DNA of 64,000 nt from Bacteroidota bacterium (GTDB lineage Bacteria; Bacteroidota; Bacteroidia; Flavobacteriales; Flavobacteriaceae). Numbering within the stretch: the first letter of the stretch is position 1; each line of letters opens with the position of its first letter. The notes under the pieces are model-generated. The model was not told where the DNA came from. It ran no database searches and worked only from the letters and a program-made list of their open reading frames with translations. Made by a program: the position numbers and the translations under genes. The DNA lies in contig JADFOK010000011.1 of NCBI GenBank assembly GCA_022562895.1, positions 10,851-74,850 of the forward strand. The letters run 5' to 3'. Shown piece after piece: positions 21,437 to 31,392 of the stretch.

Positions 21437-22678
21437 TTATTTTATTTGCACATTCAGACCTGCTTTAACCACATCTTTCCAAAAATTGGGATATGATTTT
21501 GAAACAACATTTGGATCATTAATTTTTATTGCTGTTTTTAAAGCAATTGGCATAAATGCCATTGCTAACCTATGGTCCTGATAGGTATCTATAGTAATGT
21601 TTTTGTTTATTTTATCTGAAGGTTCTAAATCGAAAGAATCGGTTGTAATTTTAATTTCAGCTCCTAATTTTTCCAACTCTATTTTAAGAGCTAAAAGCCT
21701 ATCGGTTTCTTTAATTTTTAAAGTTTGCAAGCCAATAATCTTACAACTAATACCCAATCCAAAACATGTTATTGCAATCGTTTGTGCTATATCGGGTGTA
21801 TTTTTTAAATCTAGAGATAATTGATTTGGTATTTTTATTTTGGATTTTCTTAAAGTTATGGATTTATCTATATCATTAAATATTGTATTCACCCCTAAGG
21901 TTTTGTAAATAGAAACTACTACTGAATCACCTTGTAAGCTGTTTTTAACAAAGTTCTTTAATGTAATGGATTTATTTTCAGACAATGCTATAATACTGTA
22001 AAAATAGGAGGCAGAGCTCCAATCACTCTCAACAAATATTACCGTGTCATTAATTTTATTAATAGGGTCTATTACTATATCATTTTCAAAATATCGGCAG
22101 GAAATACCTGTTTTTTGAAGTAATGAAAATGTCATTTTAATATATGACCGGGAAGTACTATCCTTATCGAGTTTAATTTTTAATCCCCTCGAAAGTGAAG
22201 GTGCAATTAACATTAAAGCAGTTATATATTGGCTGCTTATATTAGCTTTTATTTTTAAAGTATTTCCTAGAAGTTTTTTACCGTGTATTTGTAAAGGTGG
22301 AAATCCCTCTTTTTTAAGATATTGTATTTTGGCACCCAATTCTTTAAGTGCCTCAACCAATATTTTAATTGGTCTTTCCTGCATTCGTTTACTTCCTGTA
22401 AGCGTAATATTGATACCTTTTTGTGAAGCAAAATATGCTGTTAAAAATCGAAAAGTTGTGCCTGAATGATGAACGTCGACTACCCCATTTGTCACTCTTA
22501 ACCCTTTGATTAATAAAGAGGTATCATCACTATTTGATATGTTTTCTATAGATATGTTGGGAAAAAATGCTTGTAACAAAAGCAATCTATTGGTTATACT
22601 TTTTGAGCCTGTGATGGTTATTTTTGACCTCGAAATATCAGGGTATACACTTTCTTTATTTGAAAGTATCGCTTTCAT
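21437..22678 (-). CDS. aroA: EPSP synthase
   Basis: GSKSITNR, SSQYITALM, DWSSASY, KETDRL, DHRLAM, KSYP. Confidence 0.96.
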   Translation of the reverse strand: MKAILSNKESVYPDISRSKITITGSKSITNRLLLLQAFFPNISIENISNSDDTSLLIKGLRVTNGVVDVHHSGTTFRFLTAYFASQKGINITLTGSKRMQERPIKILVEALKELGAKIQYLKKEGFPPLQIHGKKLLGNTLKIKANISSQYITALMLIAPSLSRGLKIKLDKDSTSRSYIKMTFSLLQKTGISCRYFENDIVIDPINKINDTVIFVESDWSSASYFYSIIALSENKSITLKNFVKNSLQGDSVVVSIYKTLGVNTIFNDIDKSITLRKSKIKIPNQLSLDLKNTPDIAQTIAITCFGLGISCKIIGLQTLKIKETDRLLALKIELEKLGAEIKITTDSFDLEPSDKINKNITIDTYQDHRLAMAFMPIALKTAIKINDPNVVSKSYPNFWKDVVKAGLNVQIK

Positions 22679-22920
22679 TTTCTAAATTCATCTTTTTTTA
22701 ATTTCCCTCGAAATTTTCCAAAGGACACTAAAAAGCCATAGACTAATCCACTTAATAGCAGACCTGTAATAACGAATATTGGATTTTCAATAGATTTGAA
22801 ATAATCAATTTCAAATCCTTCGATTGCCCATTTAATAACAACAAATAACAAAGCAAAAGCAATACCTATATATAAAACAGATTTCCAAAAGCCTTTTGTT
22901 GAAATTACCTTTTTAAACAT
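22675..22920 (-). CDS. Small two-TM hypothetical membrane protein
   Basis: 81 aa with two hydrophobic segments, tightly packed in the operon. Confidence 0.75.
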   Translation of the reverse strand: MFKKVISTKGFWKSVLYIGIAFALLFVVIKWAIEGFEIDYFKSIENPIFVITGLLLSGLVYGFLVSFGKFRGKLKKDEFRK

Positions 22921-22921
22921 A

Positions 22922-23248
22922 CTATTTTAGCTTTTCATTATTTTGATGCCTATCGTGATCGCGATTTGTTTTTTTGATCATTTTTCTATCAAACGCCTCC
23001 TGAAGATCTATCCCCGTTTGATTTGCTAAGCACAACACCACAAAAATAACATCTGCCAATTCTTCTCCCAAATCTTTATTTTTATCGCTTTCTTTCTCAC
23101 TTTGCTCACCATATCTGCGGGCGATAATACGGGCCACCTCACCTACTTCCTCTGTAAGTTGGGCCATATTGGTAAGTTCGTTAAAATAGCGAACTCCATG
23201 TTCTTTAATCCAAATATCTACGACTTTTTGTGTATTTTGAAGGCTCAT
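22922..23248 (-). CDS. MazG-like nucleotide pyrophosphohydrolase
   Basis: LTEEVGEVAR, EELADV. Confidence 0.9.
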   Translation of the reverse strand: MSLQNTQKVVDIWIKEHGVRYFNELTNMAQLTEEVGEVARIIARRYGEQSEKESDKNKDLGEELADVIFVVLCLANQTGIDLQEAFDRKMIKKTNRDHDRHQNNEKLK

Positions 23249-23302
23249 GATTGTTATATTTTTGAAAGAACTATTTTTTTTAAATACATTAAAACATATA
23301 TA

Positions 23303-23755
23303 TTATTCTCTTTTTTTTGAATCTATTAGTATCGTTACAGGGCCGTCATTGATAAGAGCCACATCCATCATAGCACCAAATTTTCCGGTCTGTATTTTTT
23401 TACCGAGTTCTTTTTCTAATTGAAGCACAAAATTTTCATATAAAGGGATCGCAACCTCAGTGCTAGCAGCCTTAATAAAGGAAGGTCTATTCCCTTTTTT
23501 TGTGGAAGCATATAAAGTAAATTGACTTACAACAATAATCTCACCGTTTATATCTATTATAGATTTATTCATCACATCATTTCCATCACTAAAAATTCTC
23601 AAACGAGCTATTTTACCTGCCAGCCAATTAGAGTCTTCTCGAGTATCATCACTTTCAATTCCTAATAAAACCAGATACCCAAGACCTATTTCTGATATTA
23701 CATCGTTATCAACCTTAACTGAGGCTACACTTACTCTTTGTATAACTACTCTCAT
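23303..23755 (-). CDS. dtd: D-aminoacyl-tRNA deacylase
   Basis: MRVVIQRV, SQFTL, NDGPVT. Confidence 0.97.
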   Translation of the reverse strand: MRVVIQRVSVASVKVDNDVISEIGLGYLVLLGIESDDTREDSNWLAGKIARLRIFSDGNDVMNKSIIDINGEIIVVSQFTLYASTKKGNRPSFIKAASTEVAIPLYENFVLQLEKELGKKIQTGKFGAMMDVALINDGPVTILIDSKKRE

Positions 23756-24702
23756 TCATTCTTAAATATATCTTTTCTGTAACTATCATCTTCTCCCTCC
23801 AATATCTGAATATAACTTTTATATCGTGACAAAGCAATTTCTCCTTTTTCCAAAGCCATTTTTACAGCACATTTTGGTTCTTCCCGATGTAGGCAATTGT
23901 TAAATTTACAGTGTTTCTTTAATTTGAAAAACTCAGGGAAAAAATCGCCTAATTCTTCACTATCCATTTCCACTATTCCAAATCCTTTTATTCCCGGAGT
24001 ATCTATTATTTGTGCTCCAAATGAAAGATCATACATTTCAGCATAGGCGGTAGTATGTTTTCCTTGCAAATGTTGTGAAGATATTTCTTTTGTCTTTAGG
24101 TTTAATGAAGGTTCAATAGCATTAATTAAAGTTGATTTCCCCACACCGCTATGTCCTGAAAACATACTCACTTTTCCCTTCATTATTTCCTTAACTTTGT
24201 CAATGTTTTCCTCTTTTTTAGCTGAAATTCCTATACAATAATATCCAATTTCTTGATATATTTTTGTTAAATTTTTAATCTCTGCTAATTCTTCAGAATT
24301 ATAAATGTCAATTTTATTAAAAAGTAGTACTGCATTTATACTATAGGCTTTGGCTGTTACCAAAAAACGATCAATAAAAGTTGTTGAAGTAGGTGGATTG
24401 TTAAGTGTAACCAGTAAAAAAGCAATGTCGATATTTGCAGCTATTATTTGGGTTTGTTTGGCAAGATTTACTGATCTACGGATAATATAATTTTCTCTTT
24501 CTTCAATTTTTGAAATTACCCCTACTTCTTCACCACTCACTTTTCCTAAGTCAAAAGAAACGTGATCACCCACTGCTACAGGGTTTGTGTTTTTAATACC
24601 CTTAATTCTAAATTTTCCCTTTAATCGACAATCATGAAAACTTCCCTGATCTGTTTTTACAGTGTACCAGCTACCTGTTGATTTATAGACTATGCCCTTC
24701 AT
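23752..24702 (-). CDS. rsgA: Ribosome small subunit-dependent GTPase A
   Basis: NKID, GHSGVGKST, GKHTT, DTPG, CKFNNCLHREEPKC. Confidence 0.96.
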   Translation of the reverse strand: MKGIVYKSTGSWYTVKTDQGSFHDCRLKGKFRIKGIKNTNPVAVGDHVSFDLGKVSGEEVGVISKIEERENYIIRRSVNLAKQTQIIAANIDIAFLLVTLNNPPTSTTFIDRFLVTAKAYSINAVLLFNKIDIYNSEELAEIKNLTKIYQEIGYYCIGISAKKEENIDKVKEIMKGKVSMFSGHSGVGKSTLINAIEPSLNLKTKEISSQHLQGKHTTAYAEMYDLSFGAQIIDTPGIKGFGIVEMDSEELGDFFPEFFKLKKHCKFNNCLHREEPKCAVKMALEKGEIALSRYKSYIQILEGEDDSYRKDIFKNE

Positions 24703-24719
24703 GTTACCAAGTTTCAATA

Positions 24720-25805
24720 CTAATCTTCATTAATTACTTTTTTTTGATGGATAATTGATTCTTGATGAATTGCTTTATACATTCTTAAGATAAATTCTTC
24801 ACTTAAATTATTTTCTTCCCCTTCTTTTATCATCTTTTTTAATATCTTATTCCAACGTTTGGTTTGTAATATAGCTACGTTGTTTTCTTTTTTTAGAATA
24901 CCAATGGCATCAACAACTTTCATTCGTTTACCTAATATTTCTAGAATCTTATTATCTTCTATATCTATTTGAGTTCTAAGGGTATTGATTTGATTTTTAT
25001 ATTCAATCCCCTTACCTTCAGAATCACGTATTTGCAATCTACTAGTTATCTTACGTAAGTTATCAGGAGTAATTTGTTGTTTGGGATCACTCCATGCGTT
25101 ATTTGGATCTTGATGGGTTTCAATCATAAAACCATCGTAATTCAAATCTAATGCTGTTTGACATAAATCGTAAATAATATCTCTACGGCCTGCAATGTGA
25201 GAAGGGTCTAAAATAAGAGGTAAGTTAGGAAAACTATTTTGAAGATCTATGGGGATTTGCCATTCAGGATTATTACGGAATTGTGTTTTTTCATAAGTAG
25301 AAAAACCACGGTGAATCACTCCTAAATTATGTAATCCTGCTTCATAAAAACGTTCTACGGCTCCTAACCACAAAGCAAGATCAGGGTTTACAGGGTTTTT
25401 CACAAGAACGATTTTATCTGTTCCACGTAAGGCCTCCGCTATTTCCTGAATAATAAATGGTGAAACTGTTGTACGGGCTCCTATCCATAATATATCAATG
25501 TCATATTTTAATGCCAGTTCTACATGGTTTGGGTTTGCAACTTCAGTTGTAGTAAGCATTCCTGTTTCTTCTTTAGCCTTTTTAAGCCATTCAAGACCTA
25601 TGGCGCCCACTCCCTCAAAATTACCCGGTCGTGTTCTGGGTTTCCAAATACCAGCCCGAAACACAGTTGCATCGGTATTTTTTAACTGGTGCGCAATACT
25701 TATAACCTGTTCTTCAGTTTCAGCACTACAAGGGCCTGCAATTACTAGTGGATGATCTAAATCAAAACCATCCAGCCAGGAGCGAAGTTCTTTACTGTCT
25801 TTCAC
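24720..25805 (-). CDS. Bifunctional DAHP synthase / chorismate mutase
   Basis: IAGPCSAE, WKPRTRP, WIGAR, DPSH; C-terminal AroQ-like LRTQIDIED domain. Confidence 0.93.
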   Translation of the reverse strand: MKDSKELRSWLDGFDLDHPLVIAGPCSAETEEQVISIAHQLKNTDATVFRAGIWKPRTRPGNFEGVGAIGLEWLKKAKEETGMLTTTEVANPNHVELALKYDIDILWIGARTTVSPFIIQEIAEALRGTDKIVLVKNPVNPDLALWLGAVERFYEAGLHNLGVIHRGFSTYEKTQFRNNPEWQIPIDLQNSFPNLPLILDPSHIAGRRDIIYDLCQTALDLNYDGFMIETHQDPNNAWSDPKQQITPDNLRKITSRLQIRDSEGKGIEYKNQINTLRTQIDIEDNKILEILGKRMKVVDAIGILKKENNVAILQTKRWNKILKKMIKEGEENNLSEEFILRMYKAIHQESIIHQKKVINED

Positions 25806-25885
25806 AGGTCTTATTTTTATGACATTTGTAATATTGGCTTCAAAATTACGTAATAATTTTACGTAGTTTTGTTTTAAAGAAGTTT

Positions 25886-26584
25886 ATGTCAATAACTGTA
25901 GAAAATCTCACTAAATTTTATGGCGATCAAAAGGTATTAAACAAGGTTTCCTTTTCAATACGAAAGGGTGAAATAGTAGGTTTCTTAGGTCCAAATGGTG
26001 CTGGAAAATCTACTTTGATGAAGATTCTTACCACTTTTATTCAAGCCTCGGAAGGAAAAGCATTTGTAAATGGTTTTTCAGTTGTTGAAAATAAAAAAAA
26101 AGTACAGAAAAGTATAGGGTATTTACCCGAACACAATCCATTGTATTTAGAGATGTACGTTCGTGAATATTTGTTTTATAATGCCAAAATATACAAAATC
26201 CCAATATCCGAAGTTGAAAAAATTATAGAGAAAACAGGACTTAAAACTGAAGCCCATAAAAAAATAGGAAAACTATCTAAAGGATTTAGACAACGCGTTG
26301 GGATTGCCAACACTTTATTACATAACCCCGAAGTACTTATTCTTGACGAGCCCACAACAGGATTAGACCCCAACCAACTTTTAGAGATTAGAGAACTTAT
26401 AAAAACGGCTGGAAAAAATAAAACTGTACTGTTTTCCACACACATCTTGCAAGAAGTAGAAGCTATTTGCGATCGTGTAATTATTATAAACAAAGGAGAA
26501 ATTGTACACGATAAATCACTCAAAGACACTATAAAGAATATCGGACTGGAAAAGTTATTTACAGAACTAACTACTCAAAGATAA
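25886..26584 (+). CDS. gldA: ABC ATPase GldA (short form)
   Basis: GPNGAGKST, GYLPEHNPLY, LSKGFRQRVG, LDEPTTGLDP; only 232 aa. Confidence 0.8.
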   Translation: MSITVENLTKFYGDQKVLNKVSFSIRKGEIVGFLGPNGAGKSTLMKILTTFIQASEGKAFVNGFSVVENKKKVQKSIGYLPEHNPLYLEMYVREYLFYNAKIYKIPISEVEKIIEKTGLKTEAHKKIGKLSKGFRQRVGIANTLLHNPEVLILDEPTTGLDPNQLLEIRELIKTAGKNKTVLFSTHILQEVEAICDRVIIINKGEIVHDKSLKDTIKNIGLEKLFTELTTQR

Positions 26585-27323
26585 GTCGCCCCGAAAATAA
26601 CTCTTCCACTTCAATAATTGGTGGTCGATTTTTAGCAATTACATCTCCAAGGCTTACAATTCTTCCCCGTATGGAACTTATGGGATTAACGATCATTTTA
26701 TTTGTGCTTCGGTGATATAAAAAAAGATGTTGAATCTCAAGGTCTGCAGCTTCTATCCGTACATCACTATCTGCTGCGCCAAAATGAGCATGAAAAGCTT
26801 TTCCGCTTAAAAAAAAGTTTGTAAGACCATTGGCTCTTACCCTCAAAATTCTCACATCCAGGTCATTCATTATAAAATCACCATCATTGTGGAATTCGCC
26901 TTCAAGATCAGGATCCTCTGATAACAATTCCAATTCAAAATATCCTATGGTACCCCTACTTTCCACAGCAAGACCTGAGCTATTTCTAATTTGTATGATA
27001 TTTGGTGAGGTCACATATACTTTAGTAATCCCATATTCTCTAACGAAGTTACAACTGTTCATGTCACTTACCTTCAAAATACTATCTTCTACTCTTACTT
27101 TTATATCATTTAAGAGATTTTTACCGGTTTCTATAACAACAGATTGTGTTTCCCCTTGAGAAATAATTAATTTTACACGGCTCCATACAATGATTTTCTT
27201 AAACTTATCTAAGGTATATTCTTTTTGTATTATTTCGCCTGAAGCTTGAAAGCAATTCATAGCATTTTCAGTGGAACACCCTAAAAGGGTAACCAAACTA
27301 AATAAATAAATTATTTTTTTCAT
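26571..27323 (-). CDS. Head GIN (DUF2807-like) domain lipoprotein
   Basis: Lipobox LLGC; GEIIQKEY, V..ETGKNLL pattern of GIN beta-helix proteins. Confidence 0.75.
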   Translation of the reverse strand: MKKIIYLFSLVTLLGCSTENAMNCFQASGEIIQKEYTLDKFKKIIVWSRVKLIISQGETQSVVIETGKNLLNDIKVRVEDSILKVSDMNSCNFVREYGITKVYVTSPNIIQIRNSSGLAVESRGTIGYFELELLSEDPDLEGEFHNDGDFIMNDLDVRILRVRANGLTNFFLSGKAFHAHFGAADSDVRIEAADLEIQHLFLYHRSTNKMIVNPISSIRGRIVSLGDVIAKNRPPIIEVEELFSGRLIFE

Positions 27324-27349
27324 TTCGTGATATTTAATCATTTCGTAAT

Positions 27350-28459
27350 TTAAAAGCGAGCCCCAATACCAAACTCAACAGCTTCGGCTTTTGCCCAATG
27401 TGCTTTAACAGTAACAGAAGCAAACATTATATCTTTATAAAAATACCTTTTTAAACCCAATCGGTTATAAAATTGGCCTTCAAATTCATAGGGCCAATAT
27501 ATATAATACCCCAATTGGGATACAAATGCTACCTTGTTAAATCGTAATTCATGTCCTATAAAAACACCCACTCGCCTGTAATCTTCATCGCCTGTTAATT
27601 CATCCCCGACAAAAGCTATTGAACGATACCGAATAAGATCTTTCAAAAATATAGAAAAGAAAACGTCTACTCCAACTTGAATAGTGCTTTTGTAATTTAT
27701 ACGTTTGTCTGCAAAAACTGAAAACACATAAAAAGGAAACTGCCCCAATCCATTAACATCGGCCTCGTTTATACCTGTTCGAAAAACAATGTTATATTTT
27801 ACACGCTCGGCATAATTTTTACTTCGCCAGGATCCCAAAGGTATACGCCCAGGAAAAGTTATATAATTAAACAGAAAGCTAATTCCCCCATTAAAATACA
27901 AGGTATTCGTACTATTATTTGGTGCTTTTATATTTGCATTTGAATAATGTATAACTCCAAATCCTACATGATATCCCAACCCTTTATAAATGTTCTCTTT
28001 TATAAAGTTTATTTTTAAAAAACTGGTACTCAAAAAACGACTGCCGTACGCATTATTTATAAAATTGGTCTCGGGATCGTATGGATTAGTTGTATAAGCG
28101 ATTCCTTGCCCTAATCTAAGGGTTAGGTTTCTATTTAAAAAATACCAGTTAAAATGGCCATAAAGTGAATAATTCTCTCCTAAATAAGGGTTTATCATGT
28201 CCTGATAAGCAAACGTAAAACCCCAATCTGGATAGTTATAGCGGCTCTCCCATTCATTAAAACCATATGTTTTGCGATTATAACTAACAATCACGCCTGT
28301 AGGATGATCAGTAATTAAATGGGAAATTCCTTGATTGTGTTCCATGATACTGCCGTAAAAATAATCGAATTCTATAGATACAGGTTTTAGTTCATTTTGT
28401 TGAGAAAATAAGAAGGTACAAAAGAAAAAGGCTGCAAATACAGAATTGGGTAGTTTCAT
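27350..28459 (-). CDS. Acyloxyacyl hydrolase / PagL-like outer membrane beta-barrel
   Basis: Signal peptide, HYSNA motif, C-terminal GIGARF. Confidence 0.75.
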   Translation of the reverse strand: MKLPNSVFAAFFFCTFLFSQQNELKPVSIEFDYFYGSIMEHNQGISHLITDHPTGVIVSYNRKTYGFNEWESRYNYPDWGFTFAYQDMINPYLGENYSLYGHFNWYFLNRNLTLRLGQGIAYTTNPYDPETNFINNAYGSRFLSTSFLKINFIKENIYKGLGYHVGFGVIHYSNANIKAPNNSTNTLYFNGGISFLFNYITFPGRIPLGSWRSKNYAERVKYNIVFRTGINEADVNGLGQFPFYVFSVFADKRINYKSTIQVGVDVFFSIFLKDLIRYRSIAFVGDELTGDEDYRRVGVFIGHELRFNKVAFVSQLGYYIYWPYEFEGQFYNRLGLKRYFYKDIMFASVTVKAHWAKAEAVEFGIGARF

Positions 28460-28509
28460 TTTTTTCTCGGAAAGCCGTAAAGATAAAATAATATTAAACA
28501 CTTATATAT

Positions 28510-29451
28510 TTAAAAGGGCAAATGTGATAGATCTACATTCCCTCCTGTAATGATGATGCCTATATTTTTGTTTTTAAAACGATCTTTATTACGAATTAAA
28601 GCAGCAAAAGGAACTGCGCTAGAGGGTTCTATAATTATTTTCATTCGCTCCCAAAATAATTTCATAGCATCTATTATTTCAGATTCTTTAACCCTTATTA
28701 TTTCATCTACAAGTTCTTTAATGATAGGAAAATTAATATCACCTAATTGGGTCTTAAGTCCGTCGGCAATGGTATTCGTATTAGTATTGTTTTCAATCTT
28801 ACCACTGATTAACGATCTATATGCATCATCTGCAACAAAAGGTTCTCCACCAATTACCTTGCAGTTGTTTCCGTAGTATTTGGCAGCTAATGCAGTACCT
28901 GCAATAAGCCCCCCACCTCCTACAGGTGTGATAACAAAGTCTAATTCTGTATGATCTTCAAAAAATTCCACAGCTGCTGTCCCCTGACCTAGTATAACAT
29001 TTATATTATTTGAAGAGTGTAAAAAAGTTGCTCCTGTTTTCTGTTGAATTTGTTTAGCCAACATCTCTCTTGAAATTACAGTAGTTTCAGAAAAAGTAAT
29101 AATCCCACCATACTTTTTTACTGCATCTATTTTTATTTTAGGTGAATTAGAAGGCATTACTATATAGGCTTTAACTCCCAGTTGTTTCGCTGCTAATGAA
29201 ACAGCTTGTGCAAAATTACCCGAGGAATGTGTTACCACACCTGCTTTTTTTTGCTTTTTACTTAATTGATGAATGGCATTAATTGCACCTCGTATTTTAA
29301 AGGCACCTGTCTTCTGTAGGTTCTCACATTTAAAATACACGATTGTGCCTGTGATTTCATTTATTAGTGTTGAAGTTAAAATGGGTGTACGGTGTACAAA
29401 TGGTTGTACCCTGGAATACGAAGCTTCGATATCTATTTTTGTTGGAATCAT
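28510..29451 (-). CDS. PLP-dependent serine racemase / threonine-serine dehydratase family enzyme
   Basis: KCENLQKTGAFKIRG, SSGN, PVGGGGL, EPSSA, TGGN. Confidence 0.9.
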   Translation of the reverse strand: MIPTKIDIEASYSRVQPFVHRTPILTSTLINEITGTIVYFKCENLQKTGAFKIRGAINAIHQLSKKQKKAGVVTHSSGNFAQAVSLAAKQLGVKAYIVMPSNSPKIKIDAVKKYGGIITFSETTVISREMLAKQIQQKTGATFLHSSNNINVILGQGTAAVEFFEDHTELDFVITPVGGGGLIAGTALAAKYYGNNCKVIGGEPFVADDAYRSLISGKIENNTNTNTIADGLKTQLGDINFPIIKELVDEIIRVKESEIIDAMKLFWERMKIIIEPSSAVPFAALIRNKDRFKNKNIGIIITGGNVDLSHLPF

Positions 29452-29529
29452 TCAGAATATTTCAAAATACTTTGGGTTTTGTGCATCAATAATAAACCCC
29501 CTATGAAATAAATATTTTTTTTACAAATT

Positions 29530-31086
29530 TTAATTTTCTTTCATAACATAATTTGCCAAGTATTTATCTCTAATCACTTGGCCAACAGGCTTATTATCTA
29601 TTTTACTTTCCAACCAAGAAATCACGTCTAAATATAAAAATGCGCGGCGTTCATAAGGGTGATTTTCATACTTTTTTAATTTTTCAAGTAGGTCTTTAAA
29701 TGCTTTTTTTATATCATGTGGATATATATCTTGAAGTCCTTTAATGAATTTTATCATCTCATTTTGTACTTCATGCAAATCGTTCATCTTGATTAAAAAC
29801 TTATAAGTGCTTCTCAATAGAGTTTCAATATGATAATCTAAACCGGCTTCATAATGAGCAACGAGATTTAAAACTCTCGAAAAACAAAGTAGATCTTCTC
29901 GCATGGAAAGCGACTTATTAGATATAATTTTATCTAAATATTCAATACATATTTTATTATTTCCAACGCCAAAATGGAGACTTGCAAATTTATAATAAAA
30001 GGTCATAATATGATGTTCATCAATCCTATTTTTAAACATTTCTAAGTCTGATTCAATTTTTGGAATTAATACCAATCCCTCTTGAAAACTGCCATCCATA
30101 AAATGCAAATTAACTTTATGCAAGTTGATATATAAAAACGATAAAGCAGCAACATTTTCATCTTTAGGAAAAGATTTTTTTGCGACAATAGTTTCAAATT
30201 TTATAAGTGAGTCTTGAAATTTATCGCGATTTTTAATAAAATATAAAGATTCTAACAAGTAATTATTACCTTTTAAAAAGAAGACTGGATTATGACTTAT
30301 CATATCTGGATTCCGATAAAATAGATCTACCCATTTAAGTGAATATTTAAAACAATTTAAAAAGTCTTGCATTAAAAAACTATACCATAAATAAACTTTA
30401 TATAGCCAAAGTTTTTCACGAAAACCAAGATCTTTAATATCAACTTTTGGCAATCTACTTTTAAAATAGTTTTTTATTTGTTGACTTTCTTCTTCATTTT
30501 TCACATACCCTGTTCTTATTATTATGCTATATAGCTTTAAAGATAAATTCGATAATTTACTTGCTATTACATTTAATGTACTTAACTCTTGTGCCTGTAG
30601 GGTTAATTCATCGGTTCTGTCACTTATATTTCTTGTAATGTATTGAGATTCAATAATTTTTTCTAGTTCAACTATCTCGAAGGCTAAATTCTTTTCTTCA
30701 TTTTGAATGGCTACATCCTTAGCTTTATCTAAAATTTTTAGACTTTGTTTATAAAGTCCCTTATGATATAAAATAGAAGCAAAATCAAGTTGTTCACGAA
30801 TTTGAGATCTAATATTTTGATGAGAAGGACTCATTTTTAAGCTAATAAGGATTTGCTTATACAAATGTGCTTTTACATTTGCTAATTGCTGCTTTTTAAC
30901 AATTCCACACTTTAAAATAATAGCTTCATCATAGACCGATAACTTGTCCAAAATATTAAATAAATTTAAAAACTTAGAATCTGTATTAACATCAAGCCTT
31001 CCCACATAAAGCTTAAATTGGCGCTTTTCAGATTTAGAAAGTGATTTAACTAATAAAAACAAATTATCTTTTTGGTCTTTAGACAT
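29530..31086 (-). CDS. Conserved all-helical (TPR-like) hypothetical protein
   Basis: Long intact ORF, LFLLVKSLSKSEKRQFK N-terminus; no catalytic motif recognised. Confidence 0.75.
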   Translation of the reverse strand: MSKDQKDNLFLLVKSLSKSEKRQFKLYVGRLDVNTDSKFLNLFNILDKLSVYDEAIILKCGIVKKQQLANVKAHLYKQILISLKMSPSHQNIRSQIREQLDFASILYHKGLYKQSLKILDKAKDVAIQNEEKNLAFEIVELEKIIESQYITRNISDRTDELTLQAQELSTLNVIASKLSNLSLKLYSIIIRTGYVKNEEESQQIKNYFKSRLPKVDIKDLGFREKLWLYKVYLWYSFLMQDFLNCFKYSLKWVDLFYRNPDMISHNPVFFLKGNNYLLESLYFIKNRDKFQDSLIKFETIVAKKSFPKDENVAALSFLYINLHKVNLHFMDGSFQEGLVLIPKIESDLEMFKNRIDEHHIMTFYYKFASLHFGVGNNKICIEYLDKIISNKSLSMREDLLCFSRVLNLVAHYEAGLDYHIETLLRSTYKFLIKMNDLHEVQNEMIKFIKGLQDIYPHDIKKAFKDLLEKLKKYENHPYERRAFLYLDVISWLESKIDNKPVGQVIRDKYLANYVMKEN

Positions 31087-31392
31087 CAATAATTAATATA
31101 ATATATATTTGATTTTCAGCTATTTAAATAAATGTCAATAGTTTAAACAGGCTAAAATTAAAGCAAATTTATCTCTTTACAGACTTCCAAAATATATATT
31201 CGAATTACATTAAGAAAAAATACTTCAAAAAATATTAAATATTAATATTAAAATTTCGAATAACACTTTGTAATAGAGAGCAAGTTTAAGGTTGTAATTT
31301 AATCACACAATAAAATTTAAGAGTAATACCAAAAATTTAAATGTAAGGAATGCAAGTAATAATTTTTTATAGTTTACCGGTTAAAAAATCTA

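Noticed and set aside
28510-29451. Second copy of ilvA as a recent duplication
   Set aside because: It lacks the regulatory domain and is very divergent; it belongs to the serine racemase/catabolic dehydratase branch.
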